From assembly GCF_009914755.1 (NCBI RefSeq), contig NC_060926.1: a stretch of DNA of 64,000 nucleotides; one strand, 5' to 3'. Below, one piece after another: positions 33,231 to 48,109 of this stretch; position 1 is the stretch's first letter, and each line of letters begins with the position of its first letter. The position numbers and the translations under genes are program-made. A model generated the notes under the pieces. It was not told the origin of the DNA and did not search any database. It saw nothing but the letters and a program-made list of their open reading frames with translations. This DNA comes from the human T2T-CHM13v2.0 reference genome, Homo sapiens.

Positions 33231-33277
33231 TAAGATATAAATTGGCTAATCCTATGGTCCATTTCCTTTTGAAAAAC
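33231..33277 (+). repeat. 47-bp perfect direct repeat, copy 2
   Basis: Identical to 32186-32232. Confidence 0.95.
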
Positions 33278-33957
33278 TTATATGGAAAAGAATAAAATCA
33301 GCTTCCATTTCTGTCTGATATATAAGTAGAGTAATTTCTGAGTGAAGCTCAGAAACTTTAAGCAGGTCCATTCAAAAGTGTTTTGCTTTGAAATTGCAAC
33401 TAACATGTTTGTCTGTCAGTCCTTACTCTGAAATTCCATTCAAACTATGTATGTCTTTCCCTTGGTTTTATGGCACCCTAATTACTAATGAACAAATCTA
33501 GAGACATCTTTAAAAGCCTGGAAAAAGTAAAGTATCTTTTATTTTTTTAAGAGGGAAATCTATTGATTGTGTATGAGAAAAGGATAATAGGAGGAGATCA
33601 TTCATCCATGCTATTCACTCTCCCCCAAAATATTCTTTTTCCCTTACCCATGTTCTTTAAATTTATTTCTACTCAAGCCTTGACTGTCATTTAAATATTA
33701 CTTGTTTCAAAAAAAATCTTTCCTGAAACTCAAATTGAATTAGTTGTCCACAACTAATTCACCCTGAACAATTCCAGTATTGATATTTTTCATGTTATAT
33801 TCTAATGATAGCTTAATTGCCTAGACCCTCAAATGAATTTCAAGTTCACTGAAAATAATGTGATATATTTATCATTCTATCCCTAGTTAATAGACCCTAT
33901 ATTAACATGTAGCTCATTCCAATTTTTTGATGTTAAAAATTGAACAAAACCATGTAG

Positions 33958-34871
33958 TCAGAAAAGCCTCAGACTTAGTTAAGTGCCTTGCTGTTACCAT
34001 CTAAAATTTTTAAAAATTTCCTTTGAACTTGTTTTTTATAAGTGAAGTCAATGAGACAATGAAGTATAAAAGAGAGCAGATGAAATATGCCCATCAGGTT
34101 TATTTGACACAGTTTCTTGCTGGCTTAATTGCATAGTGTTTTTAATACCACATGCACATAAAACTCCTGTGCATGAACAATACATGAGAGTTCAGTGACA
34201 CTCAAGGCAAGTTCAAGGGGAGTGTGGAGGCAGGGGTGCTGCTGAGAGTCCACACTCTTCAAAAAGAAGACTGTGGTGCTCTCAAAAAGACGAATAACCA
34301 AAGAAACCAGTCATATGTTTTCTAATTCATGCTATTTCACTGTAATGTTCAACATTGAAAATTATGATGTAAAAGAAACAGAAAGTTAGGACCACAAAGA
34401 TAAACAAAGAGAATTCTTTGTTTCAGTCCTTCTGTATACTGATGAATAGGCAGAGCATGTTGGTAGAAGATGTGCATGGCACGTAGTGTAAAACATTTGA
34501 GTTAGTTTTGTGTATTTTTTCACAATTCTTATAAGAACAAAATGCATATGCACTTACGTGCTATAAAATACAAATTGTGCAGTTTGATTATTCAACATGT
34601 AAGTTAAATGACATTGCATTTGCATTTAAAACTAGAATTCTATTATATAAAGATAAATAGTGACATTTTTGCTAATAAAAGTTTTAATTCTTCTTTAATT
34701 GGAATGATGTCATATAGCAAATATGAGACACCATAACATTATGTGAGACAGTAGAGAAAAGAAAAAGATTTATATTTACTTCCTTTAATGGCAATGATTT
34801 CCTGCTTCTTGATGAAGGGGTCCCACATTTTCACTTTGCATTGAGTCCTGCAATATATGTAGCTAGCTATG
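33958..34871 (+). mobile_element. MER45B-type hAT DNA transposon, 5' end missing
   Basis: CTTTGAACTTG...AAGTGAAGTC internal block and terminus AAGGGGTCCCACATTTTCACTTTGCATTGAGTCCTGCAATATATGTAGCTAG. Confidence 0.75.
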
Positions 34872-34929
34872 TAGTACAATTTTACATCAGCAAACATGAA
34901 GTGTTCAAATTTTGTGCATTTGAAAGAAA

Positions 34930-35377
34930 GGTCTTCCTCTCAACTAGCTCCTTTTAGATAAACATTGAGCCCTTGGAATGAATGGCCTATTTGATAAAAG
35001 TGTTTTTGTATACATAAGACATTGGGTCACACCAGATAGTTTGTGCTAACAATGTCACACATGCTGAATATCTATTCAGATATTCATCTGGGGCTCCTGG
35101 ACCATGCTACATCATTTTGACCTCTGGAGGATGGCTGTAGACTTAATAGCTAAGGTCGGTTACACAAGATGCCCCATGCCTATGTGATTGACCCTCAATT
35201 ATAACCCTGTGCTTGGACCTTCTTGTACTGTTTTATGCACCTATTACCTTCTCTAATTTAATCTATATCCTTTCACTGTGATAAATCATATCTATGTGTA
35301 TAAAAGCTTTACTGAGTTCTGTGAGTCTTTCTAGAAAATCATCCAACCTGAGGGTGGTGACGGAGATCACTGACACA
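34930..35377 (+). mobile_element. MER77-type LTR
   Basis: CACACCAGATAGTTTGTGCTAACAATGT, TGACCTCTGGAGG, and TGAGTTCTGTGAGTC...AACCTGAGGGTGGT...GACACA. Confidence 0.72.
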
Positions 35378-35519
35378 TAGGCTTTAACCTCTTAATTACA
35401 AGTTGGAGCACCACATTTAATATTCCCAATAAGAACACAATTAATAGGGTGTGTAGTTTTCCCAATGCAAAGTCGAATTGTTGTTCTAAAAAGGACAGGA
35501 TTGTCGATAAAAGAAAAAT

Positions 35520-35998
35520 TCACATATATATATTTCTTTATATAGAATATTAAACCCTTTCCACTTATGTAATTGGCAATTATTTTCTTTTGTTTCCTGA
35601 GTTGCTTTTTCACTCTGTAATCTTTGAGGCACAGAAGTTTTATATTTTGACATAGTCTACCTAATCTATTTTTTTCTTTTTTTCTTCTTTCATCTTCTTA
35701 GAGCCAGAGATAATAAGTTCTGTTGCCTCTGCATTTGTTGTCATATCTAAGGAATCATTGCTAACTCCAATGCCAGGAATATTTTACCCCATATTTTCTT
35801 CTAAGAGTTTTATAATTTTAGCATTTGCATGTAGGTATTTGATTTTGAGTTAATTTTTGTATGTGTGTAAGGTTTCTTCTTCTTCTCCTCCTCCTCCTCC
35901 TCCTCCTCCTCCCCCTCCTCCTTCTCCTTCTCCTCCTTCCCCTTCTTTCTTCTTTCTTCTTCTTTTTTTTTTTTTGCATGTGGATTTCCAGTATTCCC
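35520..35998 (-). mobile_element. L1M ORF2 3' fragment
   Basis: GCACAGAAGTTTTATATTTTGA and TCTTCTAAGAGTTTTATAATTTTAG. Confidence 0.7.
35873..35974. repeat. (TTC)n/(TCC)n polypyrimidine microsatellite ending in a T run
   Basis: About 100 bp containing only C and T. Confidence 0.92.
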
Positions 35999-37189
35999 GT
36001 ACATACTGATACTGATTTAGGCTCATTAAATTGACTTAGTAATCTCCTAGTAATTATGAGCTATAATATGTATGAACCATTTTATGAATCGTTTCATAGT
36101 ATGAACTATTCTATGAAAATATGGGTAGAAATGGTTTTGAACAGAATAATTTCAAAAGTCTACCTATTGCTTTTAATTATTGATCTTAATTTGTTAACAT
36201 TGTATATAATAGCATTCATTTTTTACTTACCACTTCCAACCTAAGTTTCATTCCTGCCAAACAGCTTCAATTTCTAGATTAATTGATATTTCATACCTAT
36301 GCTCATGTTACTTCTTTGTTTCTGTGGTCTCCTCACTTGAATTCTCCTTTATGCTTCAATAATTCACGTTTCAAGTTGAGTTTAGATGCCTTGTTTGGAA
36401 GAAACATACTCTTTTCTTTCTCAATAACTGTCACTTCTACATCATAGTTATGTACAGAACCTACAAACTCTAAGAATACCTTGTATTTACCCCTATGATA
36501 CCAATGAATGCATTGCATTGAAAATATCCATGTCTACACGCCTACACTTCCAGTGTTTTCTTTTATCTCTGAACCTTCATCCTTTCCTCTTCCAGAACAG
36601 AAGGGGTGCTCAGCACTTTTGTGTTGAATGAACTATTGAATGCATGTACTAATCTGCAGGCCCATTCTGATGACGTTCCCCCACAAAATGTTGATTGTAT
36701 ATGATCTTGGAATTGAAATTTATCTGAGTATGTCCACTGTATAATATTTAAAAATATGAAAACCAGTCCAGTGGTAATTTCTAATAACATATCTACAAAT
36801 TTAATTATAAGTCAAATAATGGCAAAAGTAAAACTATCCAAAATATTTTCCAAACAAATTTTACAACTAAAGACCTGAGCATCATACATAAAGCAAACAC
36901 AGGATTTTTGAAATGTGGAGAGAAGAAAGTAAATTAGCTAGGGATTGCAGGGTTACCCAAGGAATAAAATGGTGAGTTCTCCAGGTTTTCTTTCTAATTT
37001 ATATACCTAAACTTGAAGCTGAAGAAGTCAGTAATTCCAAAACACTAACAACAGACATCCAAAAGAAAACAAAGGTAGAAAGAGGTAGAAAGAAAAGAAA
37101 AGAAGGAAAAGCAAATAAAAAGAATTGAAAAAATAGTAACACCTTAACTATCTAACTACATAACTAAAGTAAAACCTGCTATACATACC

Positions 37190-39895
37190 ATATAGTTGGA
37201 TCATGTTTTTGTTTTTGTTTTGTTAACCCTTTCTACGAATTTCTGTTTTTTAACTAGAGAGTTTAATTCATTTGCATTTGAAGTAATTATTGACAAGGAG
37301 GGACTTACTTACATTTTTAATTTTGCTACTAGTTTCCTATATGACTCATACTTTTTTTTTTTTTTCTGAGACGGAGTTTCCCTCTGTTGCCCAGTCTGAA
37401 GAGCAGTTGTCCGATCTCAGCTCACTGCAACCTCTGCCTGCCTCAGCCTCCCAAGTAGCTGGGAGTACAGGCACCTGCCACCACACTCAGCTAATTTTTG
37501 CATTTTTAGTAGAGATGGGGTTTCACCATGTTGGCCAGGCTGGTCTCAAACTCCTGACCTCACGTGATCGGCCCACCTTGGCCTCCCAAAGTGCTGAGAT
37601 TACAGGTGTGAGCGGCCTCCCAAAGTGCTGAGATTACAGGCATGAGCCACCACGCCCGGCCTTCATAGCTCTTTTTGTCCCTCATTTTCTGCATTGTTTT
37701 TGTGTGTATGTGTGTGTTTAGTTGATTTTTTTTTGTAGTGAAATGTATAAATTCATTTCTTAATTTCATTTGTACTTATTTTACAATTATTTTCTTGTGT
37801 TTATCATGGAGCTTACATTTGATACCCTAAAGTTATAACACTTTAAGTTTATAAAAGCTTAACTCTAATAAAATACAAAATTCTCCTTTACAGCTCTATT
37901 TCTACTCTTTTTGGTTGCTAATATCACAAATTTATATCTTTGTAAATTATGTGCCAAAATAACCCCAATAACGATTTTAAATTCATTAGCCTCTTCAATT
38001 ATGTAACAAACAAAATAGAGTTACAAATTAAAGTTATAATAATACTCGCTTTTAGATTTTTTAATGAATTAGTCCTTTAAATCATGTAGAAAACAAAAAA
38101 TAGAGTTACAAAGTATTGTTGTAATAATGCTACCTTTTATAATTGCCCATGTATTTATCATTATTAAGATCTTTATTTTTTCACGTGGCCGAGGGTTATT
38201 ATAACACTATGTCTAATGTCTTCTCATTTTACCTTGCAGAGAACATCTTTGAACCTTTCTTGGGATAACAAACTTACTCACCTTTTAAAATGGTCTTAAG
38301 TTTTCTCTTACTTTTGAAGGACAGTTTTTTTACATATAAGAATCTTGGGTGAATTTTTTCTTTTAGCACTTTGATCACATTGGCCCACTGCCTCCTAACC
38401 TCCAAATTTTCTATTAGGAGATCGACTAATCAATAATAATGTTACTAATGATCTTTTGTATGTGATGAATCACTTTTCTATTGCTGCTTTCAAGATTCTC
38501 TTTGTCTTTCGAAAGCTTGATTACACTGTATCTCAGTTTGTGTCTTTGAAAATTCACCTTATTGGAAGTTCATTGAGCTCTTTGGATATTTATAGTGAAA
38601 TTTGGAAGATTTTCAGCTATTAATTTTTCTCTTTTTTTCTCTCTTCTGAAATTCCTACAATGAGACAATGAGTATGTTGGTTCTCACGATCGTATTCCAT
38701 AGGTTTCTTAGGCTCTGCTCACTTTCCTTCATTTTTTCCCCTTCTGTTCCTTGGATTTCAATATTATATTAAATAATATATTATCAACCTTCAGGTTAAT
38801 CGATTCTCTCTTCTGCCTGCTCAAATATGCCTAGTACATTTTTTCATTTTATTTCATTTATTGTGATTTTTAGCTCCAGAGTTTCTGTTTTCATTTTTTT
38901 AGGTTTTCTATCTTTTTATTAGAATTTCCATTTTGTTCGTATATCATTTTCTTGACTGTCTCCACATCTTTCTTTAGTTATTTCAGCATCTTTTAGAAAG
39001 TTGTTGAAAGTCTTTCTCTAGTAGGCCTGTCATCAGATCTTTTTCCAGAAATAGTTTTTATTGATTTTTTCCTTTTATGAGCCCTACTTTCCTGTTTCTT
39101 TCACGCCTTTTGTTTTTCTTTTAAAAAACTGTGCATTTGAGTCTAATGGGTGGCAAATCTTGAAATCAGATTTTTCCACTTTCCCCAGGTTTTCTGTTTT
39201 TTTTTTTTTAATTGTTTATTGCTTTTTTAATTGTTGTAGGTTATCTCTGTGCTAAGAATCAAGCTGAAGTGTAAACTTAAGGTCTTTTCACATCTTCTCA
39301 GATCTTCTTTTCTGAGCCAGCACTTTTTCTGACCCTGGATATAAGTGATCACTTTCTAATTTCTCCCATATATGCTGTTGTTTTTGAATATTCTTGTCTT
39401 TAATGTCTGGCTCCAGGAAGGGTAAAAAAAGAAGGGAAATACATGTTGTCCTTTTAAATCCAAAGGAAGCCGCCACTTCAGTCAAGGGAAAGGCCTCCAA
39501 GAAAAAAGGAGTTTCAACAATGTCCAGCTTTTTGTCTGCATCTCTGTGACTAGAAGTGGCAATTAGAGGTTAGAGCACAGATCCCCTGTATTTGGAGGAC
39601 AGGGTTGTTTTTGCTTACTGTGGATCCTGTGGTTGCATACAAGCTGATCCTAGAACGAGTGCATGACTGACTGCCCAGGGCCTGGGTATGAGGAATGAGT
39701 AACTGCTACTGTGCAAGATCTGAAATTGACCAAAATTAACCACAATTGATTGGATACGTCTTCCCCAGGAATTTGCAACCTTCAACAGACTCTAGAGTTC
39801 CAAAATTAGTTACATCAGACAAATTCAGCCATATAATTGTGTTCTAGATGGAGCAACAGATTACTGGTGCTTTCTACTTTGCCATTTTTCCAGAA
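37190..39895 (-). mobile_element. Old L1M (ORF2 start, ORF1 and 5' region), interrupted by an Alu
   Basis: Antisense ORF1 blocks TTTTGAAGGACAGTTTT, TTGCTGCTTTCAAGATTCTC and TTTAGCTCCAGAGTTTC. Confidence 0.72.
37352..37661 (-). mobile_element. AluS with an internal deletion and a 34-bp tandem duplication
   Basis: Alu dimer with duplicated GGCCTCCCAAAGTGCTGAGATTACAGG..TGAGC. Confidence 0.92.
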
Positions 39896-39971
39896 TTTGG
39901 AGCTTTACTCTTTTTAAGAAGTATTTTCCTGGAATGCATGGAAACATCTCAACTCAGACTAGACATCTTAA

Positions 39972-40275
<304 letters not shown>

Positions 40276-40306
40276 AACTTCTTTCTTATTCTCTGTACAT
40301 TGAAAG

Positions 40307-40642
<336 letters not shown>

Positions 40643-41164
40643 TTGGACGATAAAATGAATATTGCAGTGGCAGCCTGGAAAGAGCACTGAAATGAAGATT
40701 GAGGATAATGTTTATCAAATATATAATTATAAATGTACCTGTCTGATACCTTCCACAGAATACAAATTCTGTTTGTATTCTTAGTTGTATAGTATTTCAT
40801 GCAGTTATCCTTTATATGCATGTGTATTTAATAAAAAAGTAAGTTTGCATTGCAATTCTTCCACATGCTTCCTAAAAATTTACATTTTCCAACCATAATA
40901 TCACTATTTTGACAACAGGTTCTATCAAGCCCCAATCTTTTATACTTGTATGGCTCCAGATAACTGCTGAACATAATTAGAAAAACTTCAGGTCAGTGTC
41001 CATTTTCAGTGCCTATGGGGTGAACATTAACGGAATGACAAATCGGGATTCAGGAATTTGTGTACAAATCAAAATTAAAAACTGTAAAAAACTTGAATGA
41101 ATAACTGAAGTCATTGACATCAGCAGCAAACTTCCATAACACAAAGACCCATGTTTAATACAAG

Positions 41165-41340
41165 GTCTGACATTTTCAATATGGGTGATCTTAGACAAAT
41201 CTTAGGTTTAATCTTAGATAAATTCATTGTTTTCATCTATCAGCTTGGATGATAATCCACACCCATTAGATTATGGATATAAAGCTTAATATCATAGGTG
41301 AATATATTTTGTAATATACTGAGCATATAGCAGGCATTTT
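41165..41340 (+). mobile_element. MIR
   Basis: GGGTGATCTTAGACAAATC...TTTTCATCTATCAGCTTGGATGATAAT. Confidence 0.5.
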
Positions 41341-42399
41341 TCTATCTTCTGCTTATGTAGATGTTTTTCAACCTTCTTCACTCACAGTGTGAATCAAAAA
41401 TGAGATCTCAGTGTACCAGAATAGAAGTATTAAACTAGTGGCTAAAACCTGGACACCGTAACAGTGGCTCATTTTTGCAGGGCTAGCAAGATTGGAATAT
41501 AGAGTCAAGAAAAGACAATAAAAAGGAGGATCACTAAAAATTATTCAGGAGAGATTATAAATTTAATGATTTTTCTTATAGCCACGTGTTGTGTATATTT
41601 GGGAAATTTTTCAGTTTTTTTTTCTGCTTTGAGCATCAACAATGGCAAAGAAAGTTCAGAATTTTATTAATGAGTTGCTGAAACTTTAAAGATAGTTTTG
41701 AATTTTCAACTCTACATTCTAGGTGCCTAGAAAAATGTCTAACAGAGAAAGGTTCTACATTTGTGAAATGAATAAATTAATTAATGGATGGATGATTAAA
41801 TAAATGAAAGACTAAATTATTGTAATCATTTTAAGCCTCCAGATTCAGTGAGAACAAGAAAACACTGAAACACCTGAGACACTTTGCTATTTAGAGAACT
41901 GTTCCTGATGATTTCTCTTTATGCAAGATGACACAGCTAGCCTAGCAATAATTTGAACTTTTCAGAAAACAGTTTCACTGCTAAGAATCTGTAGTGTTCA
42001 AACACAGCCCAGATTTCATGAGGCTGAGCAAGACTAACTCCATAAAATATATGAGCCAGCCATAAATTTTAGAATAAGGGCCTCTCATTTTAGCCTGCAG
42101 AGTATAATGATGAACCTCTTTATACAAGGTCTATTCATGCTAAATCTTGGCCGTCATTGGTGAACTATTCAAGTGGGTTCGGTGAAGTCAAAATGCCATT
42201 CTATATGAATGTGAACCACAGAGGCAAACTTTATCATTATATAACAAGTAGAATTAGATCGTATGGCCACTACAATTAGTTTTCAGACTTTTTAATTTTA
42301 GCATCAGTAGATTTATAGAATTAATAGATTTTTTAACCACATGCTTGACAGAAACTAATTTTCTTTACTGTTGATTTTTGTCCCCAAACCACTTCTTTA

Positions 42400-43310
<911 letters not shown>

Positions 43311-44533
43311 ATAAAAGCTAAGAAACAATTTATTTTAATTGAATACCATCTGGTGGCCTGAAGGCTATCTTTGCTGAGACAAAACAAAAACAGACAAACA
43401 AACAAACAAAATACTATTAAATTATTAAACCGTGGGGTTTCAAACTTGTGATATTTCTGGAAAACAAATTAGTTAAATTTTGTTGCCAAAAAAGGTTATA
43501 TTCCAGGCTTTTCAATGATCAATAGCCATAGAATCAAAATTCTGGATGTCATGTAACAGTTTTGATTATATTTTCCTGTAGTAAGTGTGTTTGCTTTGTT
43601 TCATTTTATGTTTGGAAAAGCTATTATATACTCTGCAACACTCAAGAGATTATTTCTTTTTTAAGCTGAGCTTCTTTAATTTCAGATACATAAATTGGCT
43701 ATAATTCAGAGTGAAAGGTGTCATTATAGTCTAACAGCATTTATAAATGTTCATAGATGTTAAATTACAAGCTATTCAGACTCTTAAAGGAATGCATGCA
43801 CATGTACATTGGGAAGCAAATAATGAGAAAATTTATCTTTATGTTTGGCTGCACAATCTATTTCCATTCCCTGTGCTATTTTAATTTATAATTTTAACCT
43901 GGTCCTAAATCTTCTACTGAAAAGTGTTTCTAATGGGGCCAGTATGAGTTGGTAAATAGAAGTGTGTGGGTGCTTATTTATTGACAGGATTATGTGATTA
44001 AAATGTTGCAAAGTGTTCTTAATATTTTAATTTTGTCCAAATGACCCTAGGACAAACCATAATTTTAAAAGTAGTGCTTACTATCATCAATATTTGGTCA
44101 GTAGGAGTTCCTTGAATAGTCTCAGTTCTGATTCCAAATTATTTTATTTTATTGAATGACTATTTTCTTTCTTGTGCTGTTAATCTTACTCTTCTTATAT
44201 TGTATAAATTGCATAATGCATTGAATTAGAAAGAATGTTCATGTAGTAAGTGCCCATAGTAAGTTCATAATTGAGCAATGTAATGTCTCAACAGAATGAT
44301 TTGTGAAAATTATCGGCACTTTCATTGAATAACCAGGTTTTATACTCACATTCTTTCTAGAAGATAGGTTGGTCAAAATCTATCATGTTAGAGTGTTAGA
44401 ACAGAAAATGACAACTTGTGTAAAATAATTGCTGCTTTAATGTTTTTTTGAGATTGACTAAATTAAGCAGTAAACTTTAATTTCCCAGATATTAAGGCAG
44501 ATATGCACCCCGAGGTTCACAGGTTCTAAAATG

Positions 44534-45405
44534 CAGTCATTTATCACTTAATGAAGAGTATACATTCTGAGAAATGCATCAATAAAAGATTTCTTTGTTG
44601 TCTGAACATCACAGAATGTGCTTACATAAACATCCTAGATGGTATAGCCTACTATGCACCTAGGCTATGTGGTGTGGTGTGTTGTTCCTAGGCTGAAAAC
44701 CTGTACAGTATGTCGCTGTACTAAATACTGTAGGCAACTGTAACATGTGGTTAGCATTTGTGCATTTAAACATATCTAAACATGGAAAAAGCACAGTAAA
44801 AATATGGTATGAATGAAAAAATGGTACACCTTTATAGGGCATTTACCATGAATGGAGCTTGTAGTACTGGAAATTGCTCTGAGTGAATAAATGAGTGAGT
44901 GGTGAGTGAATGTGAAGGCCTAGGGTATGATGTACACAACTAAGGACTTTATAAACACTGGCATCTTAAGCTATATTAAATTAATAATATTTTTCTTTCT
45001 TTAATAATAAATTAACCTTAGCTTACTGTAACATTTTTATTTTATGAACTTTTAAAAAACTTTACGACTCATAACACTTAGCTTAAAACAAAAAACACGT
45101 GGTACAGCTGTAAAAATTATTTTCTTTCATTATACCCTTATTATTTAAACTTTTTTCTATTTTTAATTTTTCTCTACGATTCAAAATTTTTTGTTGAAAA
45201 CTAAGACCTAAATATGCACATTATCTTAGGCCTACATGAGATCAACATTATCAATCCTATTCTTTTCTACCTCCACATCTTGTCCCACTGGGAAATCTAT
45301 GATGTCACTAGGTAACAGAAATTTTTTAGCTCTGTTTTAGTCTTATGGGACCACCATTGCATAATTTGTCTGTCATTGACTAAAATATTAGGCACCACAT
45401 GACTG
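44534..45405 (+). mobile_element. Tigger3(b)-type TcMar DNA transposon, internally deleted
   Basis: Terminal inverted repeats CAGTCAT...ATGACTG, plus TTCTGAGAAATGCATC and CTAGATGGTATAGCCTAC. Confidence 0.85.
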
Positions 45406-48038
45406 TGTTATCTATTTAAATCTATGACCTCTAACCTTGTGTATGACACAACCAAACACATAACTATGAATATTTTATAGAAAGAGTATACAGTGAGCAA
45501 TATTATTTCTATAATAATTTTTTATTAGGCTATCTAATCTAATTTTGTTCTGTGGTAAAATAAATTTAAAAGTTTTGTATTAAAAAAATCTAACATTTTA
45601 ACTCAAACAATGTATTTCCATGGTGTGGAATAAATAATAAAATTCAAGTTGATATTTAAATAAATGAGATTAAATAAAGTCTCATGAAAGGAGTTTGATC
45701 CACAGAAACCTGTGCCATGCCAAACAGTACATGGCATTGAACCATAGACAGACAGTCTGCTTTTGTTGTTTTATTTTGTTTTGCCAAATAATCCATGCTT
45801 ACAGAACGAAAAATGTGGGGATATTATATACTGGAAGAGTTGTGTTAGTCTTAGGAAATTCATAAATACTTGATGAGCTAAAATGGCCTGGAATGCTAGA
45901 GGTCCTTAACAGTCATGCAAACTAAGTACTAAAGAGAAATCTAGAATGAAAGTGTCTAGGCACAGACTGGTTCATTTTGAGCAAAATATAATTTTAGAGA
46001 GTGATCATCCTGTTACACTGAGAATGGGGTTCTGGCAACCAGTGAGGTTAATTGTTTTCTTTATGTTTGCTCAGCTGGTGATTATAAATACCAGGATTAT
46101 AACCTGACCGTCTTGGCACTGAGACTTCTAATGTGATCATCCCACCATGTAGGGAATTTCATAGTTTTCATATTCCCAGTCATACTGTATTTGCAAGTTG
46201 GCTTGGATATTATTTTCTCCCTATTTCCATTGTTGAGAGCTAGTTTTAAATGCCAACTCAAAAAATACCAGCTTTAAATGAAAAAGAGTGACAGACATTG
46301 TGATGAAGACAGTATGCAAGCTAGGTCTAATAGAGAACTGCAAGTTTTGGAATAAGTTGAGGAAATTAAATAAAATTATAGTAATTAGTTCCTTGGCTAG
46401 AAGAGTGTAAGCTAATACTTATGACATGACTAAATCAGCAGTTCACTGGTTTATTATGGAAAGTATTTGACAACACGAAACCCAATCAATGTTTTAATAA
46501 TTCTCCAAGATACATTTTACTTATAATTTGTGGCATTTTGTTTACACTATCTTTACTGGATGACTCATTTTGTTTGGAAAAACATGATGAAAATGATAAT
46601 AACAATTTAATGTAATAACAGTAAATTTACACATTTAAGAAAAAACTATTTTAGGTCATATGTAAAGAACCCTAGTTTGAAAATTAGAAAACATTAGTTA
46701 TTTGTCTATTAGTGACTTACTTTAAGTATGATGATGAACAATTCACTTTCTATTCATACGCCATTTTCTTGTCTGAAAAAAGTGAAATTGAGTAAATGGA
46801 AAACTTTCAAATCTATTTTAGTAGTTTAATTCTTTATCTGTGTAGAATAAAAGATATGCAAGATGTCAACAGGCAAAAGAAATAAGGACAAATTGCTCTG
46901 GTGGTGTGAAGAAAATTTACTCAAATCTTATATCCTGGCTCTTTCTTGTTCCTTTGGTGGCCCTTGAGATTCTAGAGAACACAGTTTTAAAAACTACTGT
47001 GCCAGGTCGCTTCTGTTTCTAATATTAATTAGTAAAAGCATGTCTATGAAGTCATTTTTTCCCTACATGCTGAAATGTATGTATATGTTCCAAGCTCTGA
47101 ATACCAAGAAAAGTCTGGAAAAGAAATCAAGGAAACGAAAGTTTTTAGGCATAATGTTATTTTCTTATTAATATTGCCACTGTCTTCATAATCTCCATAC
47201 ATATCTTTCCAATTTCTGTATTTGAGGTATTAATTGAGCTTTTTATAAGTCATTATGCTTAGGAGTACCTAAAGATAGTTTCCTAGATACCACAATGTCT
47301 CACTTGACGACAAACTGTAGTTGCAATGATTATCTCTATCTTTCTTCCTAGATGTCTCATAAATCTTGTCATATGCAAAATTTTCAGTTCTTACTTCATC
47401 AGCTTTCCCTTAAGCATGACTAAATCTCCCTGCCTCCCCTTTCTCTCCCTGTGTATGTATATGTGTGAGATACCTCATTACTGTTACCCAATTTGTAAGT
47501 CTAGGGATCATCTTGATTCTCTTTCAAATACCACTTTCACCCCATTCAAGTATTTATGCATTCAACTTATTTCTGAGACCTAGAATTTGCCACTTTAAGA
47601 CTCTCTTATACCTCTATTTCCTATTTTAATTTATACCACTTTAATTCAGTTTATCATTATCCTCTGCCCATGGAAATGTTGCAATAAATCACTTAAATTA
47701 TAATTTCACTCTAATTTGCTTAGCCATGTTTCCTATGATTGGATATTTATACAGTTTCTATTTTTCATAATTATAAATACTATTTGTGTAGAAATATCTA
47801 CATTTCATATTGGTTATTCATGAAAGCCTATTAGAATTTATTTAACAGCATGTTTTTGATTTAAAATATGTTTTCAAAGAATGAAATATATTCTCAATAG
47901 ATTATAATGTTATAAGTTTGAGTTTATAAAGATTATTTCAAAGTCTATGGCTCAGATAATGAATGATGGTTACATCAAACAAAGATACATGGGAAACTTC
48001 AATATGAATACATTTGGAATAACACAGTATAAGTTAGA

Positions 48039-48109
48039 TTTTTTTAAAATTTGAAACAGGGTCTCATTCTGTCACTCAGACTAGAGTAGAGTGGCACGAT
48101 CATAGCTTA
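48039..48109 (-). mobile_element. Severely 5'-truncated AluJ/FLAM with TSD ATAAGTTAGA (48029-48038 / 48110-48119)
   Basis: GAAACAGGGTCTCATTCTGTCACTCAGACTAGAGTAGAGTGGCACGATCATAGCT. Confidence 0.85.

Noticed and set aside
32186-33277. 47-bp repeats as a CRISPR-like array or as transposon ends
   Set aside because: There are only two copies with a 1-kb spacer, no cas or transposase ORF, and the context is primate.
35810-36004. K/E-rich ORF
   Set aside because: It is the translation of the (TTC/TCC)n microsatellite.
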